Made by a program: the position numbers and the translations under genes. The notes below the pieces were generated by a model, which worked only from the letters and a program-made list of their open reading frames with translations, had not been told where the DNA came from and searched no databases. From a virus (Duplodnaviria > Caudoviricetes), in the IMG/VR virus record IMGVR_UViG_2795386107_000001, positions 8,822 to 72,821 of that record: 64,000 nt of DNA. One strand, written 5' to 3'. Position 1 is the first letter of the stretch, and each line of letters starts with the position of its first letter. Shown piece by piece: positions 62,479-64,000 of the stretch.

Positions 62479-62691
62479 TCAGGCCGCGACGGTGGGCGTC
62501 GACGGCTTCAGGGTCACGGTGGTGTCCGGGCGCAGCGCCTGGTTGTTCTGGACGGCGCCGCAGTTGTTCGCGCCGGTGCCGACCAGGCCGCCGGCCGCGA
62601 GCTCGGTCCACTCCTCGACGTCTGCCGCGGTCACGCCCATGCCGGGCGCGTCCAGGGCGAGGCTCTTCGACTCGACGATGGTGTCGCTCAT
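62479..62691 (-). CDS. 70-aa peptide, candidate RiPP precursor 1
   Basis: MSDTIVESKSLALDAPGMGVTAADVEEWTELAAGGLVGTGANNCGAVQNNQALRPDTTVTLKPSTPTVAA; RBS AAGGAG. Confidence 0.7.
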   Translation of the reverse strand: MSDTIVESKSLALDAPGMGVTAADVEEWTELAAGGLVGTGANNCGAVQNNQALRPDTTVTLKPSTPTVAA

Positions 62692-62726
62692 GCGGGATCT
62701 CCTTGTTGTGCGACGGGATACAGATG

Positions 62727-63335
62727 TCAGGCGGTCTTGCTTGCGACCGCCACCACGACGGCTTGGCCGTCTTCCACTGGCCGGACCGTGCTGGTCAGCC
62801 AGCCCGGTCCGACCGCCAGCAGCCCGGGGGAGGGACGGAAGGTGACTTCCCTTCCCCAGGGCAGACCGGGCATCGCGGTTCCCTCGCTCCCCGCGCGGGG
62901 GTCGAGGAGAGCCACGGACCCGGAGTCTTCGTGCTTCGGCTGGGTGGCGTGCAGGAAGCACCAGCCGAAGAGATCGGAGGATGAGGCGTATTGGGGAATC
63001 TCGAAGCCGCGGCGCCAGACCTGGACGGTCATCTTGATCGTGCCGTCCGGGCGCCTCGCCTCGGTCAGCCTCATCTCGTCGGTGGCTGCGTAGCTCGGCA
63101 CACCGCCCTGAAGTCCGTGCTCCTGCTCCAACTCGTCCATCGCGGAGCTGAATTCGGCGCGCAGGGTGTCTGGGTCTGTCAGCGCGGTTTCCAGGGGCAG
63201 GAACTCCTGCTGCGGGCCTTCGAGGGGGATGTCGAAGAGGCGGATGATCGTCGCCAGGTCGATCCTGCGTACGCCGCAGGCGGTCTCCCACAGGCGGGTG
63301 ACGGTCTTCTCGCCCGGCTTCAGCATCGTGCTCAT
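62727..63335 (-). CDS. 2OG-Fe(II) oxygenase-fold protein lacking the metal ligands
   Basis: Parallels its neighbour (LLDPR, PxPGLL, PGWL) but the His positions read QYA and LTS; ATGA-coupled. Confidence 0.7.
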   Translation of the reverse strand: MSTMLKPGEKTVTRLWETACGVRRIDLATIIRLFDIPLEGPQQEFLPLETALTDPDTLRAEFSSAMDELEQEHGLQGGVPSYAATDEMRLTEARRPDGTIKMTVQVWRRGFEIPQYASSSDLFGWCFLHATQPKHEDSGSVALLDPRAGSEGTAMPGLPWGREVTFRPSPGLLAVGPGWLTSTVRPVEDGQAVVVAVASKTA

Positions 63336-64000
63336 GAAAGGGCCTCCGATGTGTCGAACGCGGCGTTCCAGGCGATGCAGATGCGTGTCCCTCCGTCGTG
63401 GAGCGTGGCCTGCACGCTGTGCGGGAGCCAGGAGGGGAAGCCGACGAGGAGCCCGGGCTGGGGCTGCACGGAGTACACCCCAGGTGAACCATGGCGGGCG
63501 ACGGCGGCCGGCCGCGGGTCAAGGAGTTGGAGGTGCCCGGCGTCTGGGCCCACGCCGCCGGTCTCGATGTAGTAGGTGCCGGAGAACACCGAGTCGTGGT
63601 GCGTGTGCTGCCGGTGGCTGCCGCCCTCGTGGTAGACGACGGCCCAGCCTTCGGCACGGATCGCGGACTTCTCGAATACTCGCGCTGCCAGATCTTCCTT
63701 GTCGGACAGGGCATCGAGGGTGAGGTCGCGGATCGCGTCAAGGATGCGTTCGCGCAGCCAGTCGACGGCCGGGTGGTCCCAGCGCAGGATGTCGAGGCTG
63801 GACTTCTGCGCCCCGATGACGCCGAACTGGTACTCCGGTTGCTTCGATTCGGCCTCGAGGATCAGGGTCCGGAGCTGGGAGTTCATCTCCTGGACCGTCT
63901 CGAGGCCGAGCCCCGGGCTGTCCATCGCGGTCAGGTCGGCCTGGTAGAAGCCGGTCGGCCAGGCCGTGAAGGTGGTCGAATGGGTTCGCGTCGTCGTCAT
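63332..64000 (-). CDS. TIGR02466-like 2OG-Fe(II) oxygenase
   Basis: WAVVY..HRQHTH..FSGTYY..LLDPR..FPSWLPHSV..RICIAWN; ATG lies at the window edge so the start cannot be confirmed. Confidence 0.88.
   Translation of the reverse strand: MTTTRTHSTTFTAWPTGFYQADLTAMDSPGLGLETVQEMNSQLRTLILEAESKQPEYQFGVIGAQKSSLDILRWDHPAVDWLRERILDAIRDLTLDALSDKEDLAARVFEKSAIRAEGWAVVYHEGGSHRQHTHHDSVFSGTYYIETGGVGPDAGHLQLLDPRPAAVARHGSPGVYSVQPQPGLLVGFPSWLPHSVQATLHDGGTRICIAWNAAFDTSEALS

Noticed and set aside
60517-62691. Classical lasso peptide cluster
   Set aside because: No B1/B2 genes in view; peptide 1 has no Asp/Glu at ring positions after its Thr-Gly, and peptide 2 lacks Thr at -2 and has only a two-residue tail.
1-64000. 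tRNA, rRNA, integrase, terminase, reverse transcriptase or DGR repeats
   Set aside because: None recognised by eye; short RNAs could be missed without covariance-model searches.

Overview
High-GC actinobacterial (Streptomyces-like) DNA. Almost all of it belongs to one large temperate siphovirus or phage-plasmid; no ends, integrase or terminase are visible. Left arm (+): HTH replication initiator, DnaC/IstB-like loader, DUF2637-type membrane protein and Sak4/AAA_24-like ATPase, then a ~730-bp non-coding tract dense in GCGCGC. From 6.4 to 56.2 kb (-) lies the virion module: holin, tail fibre and minor tails, tape measure, frameshifted tail chaperone, major tail, neck genes with a poly-gamma-glutamate hydrolase, metallophosphoesterase, HK97 major capsid, a prohead protease fused to a NUDIX domain, an Rmf-like gene, a ~5,700-aa DarB-like polyvalent protein (N6-adenine methyltransferase + SNF2 helicase) and a portal-MuF fusion. 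A DUF5131/TcmP cassette is inserted on + between diverged direct repeats. Right end: dnaE, then a putative RiPP-like cluster (two 2OG-Fe(II) oxygenase-fold genes, two short peptides, an asparagine-synthetase-like enzyme). Main observations: (1) a TnpV-like gene with its own RBS nested in another frame of the giant gene; (2) a TVxLxxDEVxxxL motif shared by the protease C-terminus and three sites of the giant protein, plus ExK sites, suggesting a capsid-loading and processing code; (3) 14 copies of a fixed-spacing bipartite promoter-like motif; (4) the GCGCGC array; (5) the candidate RiPP system. All family assignments come from motif recognition, not database searches.
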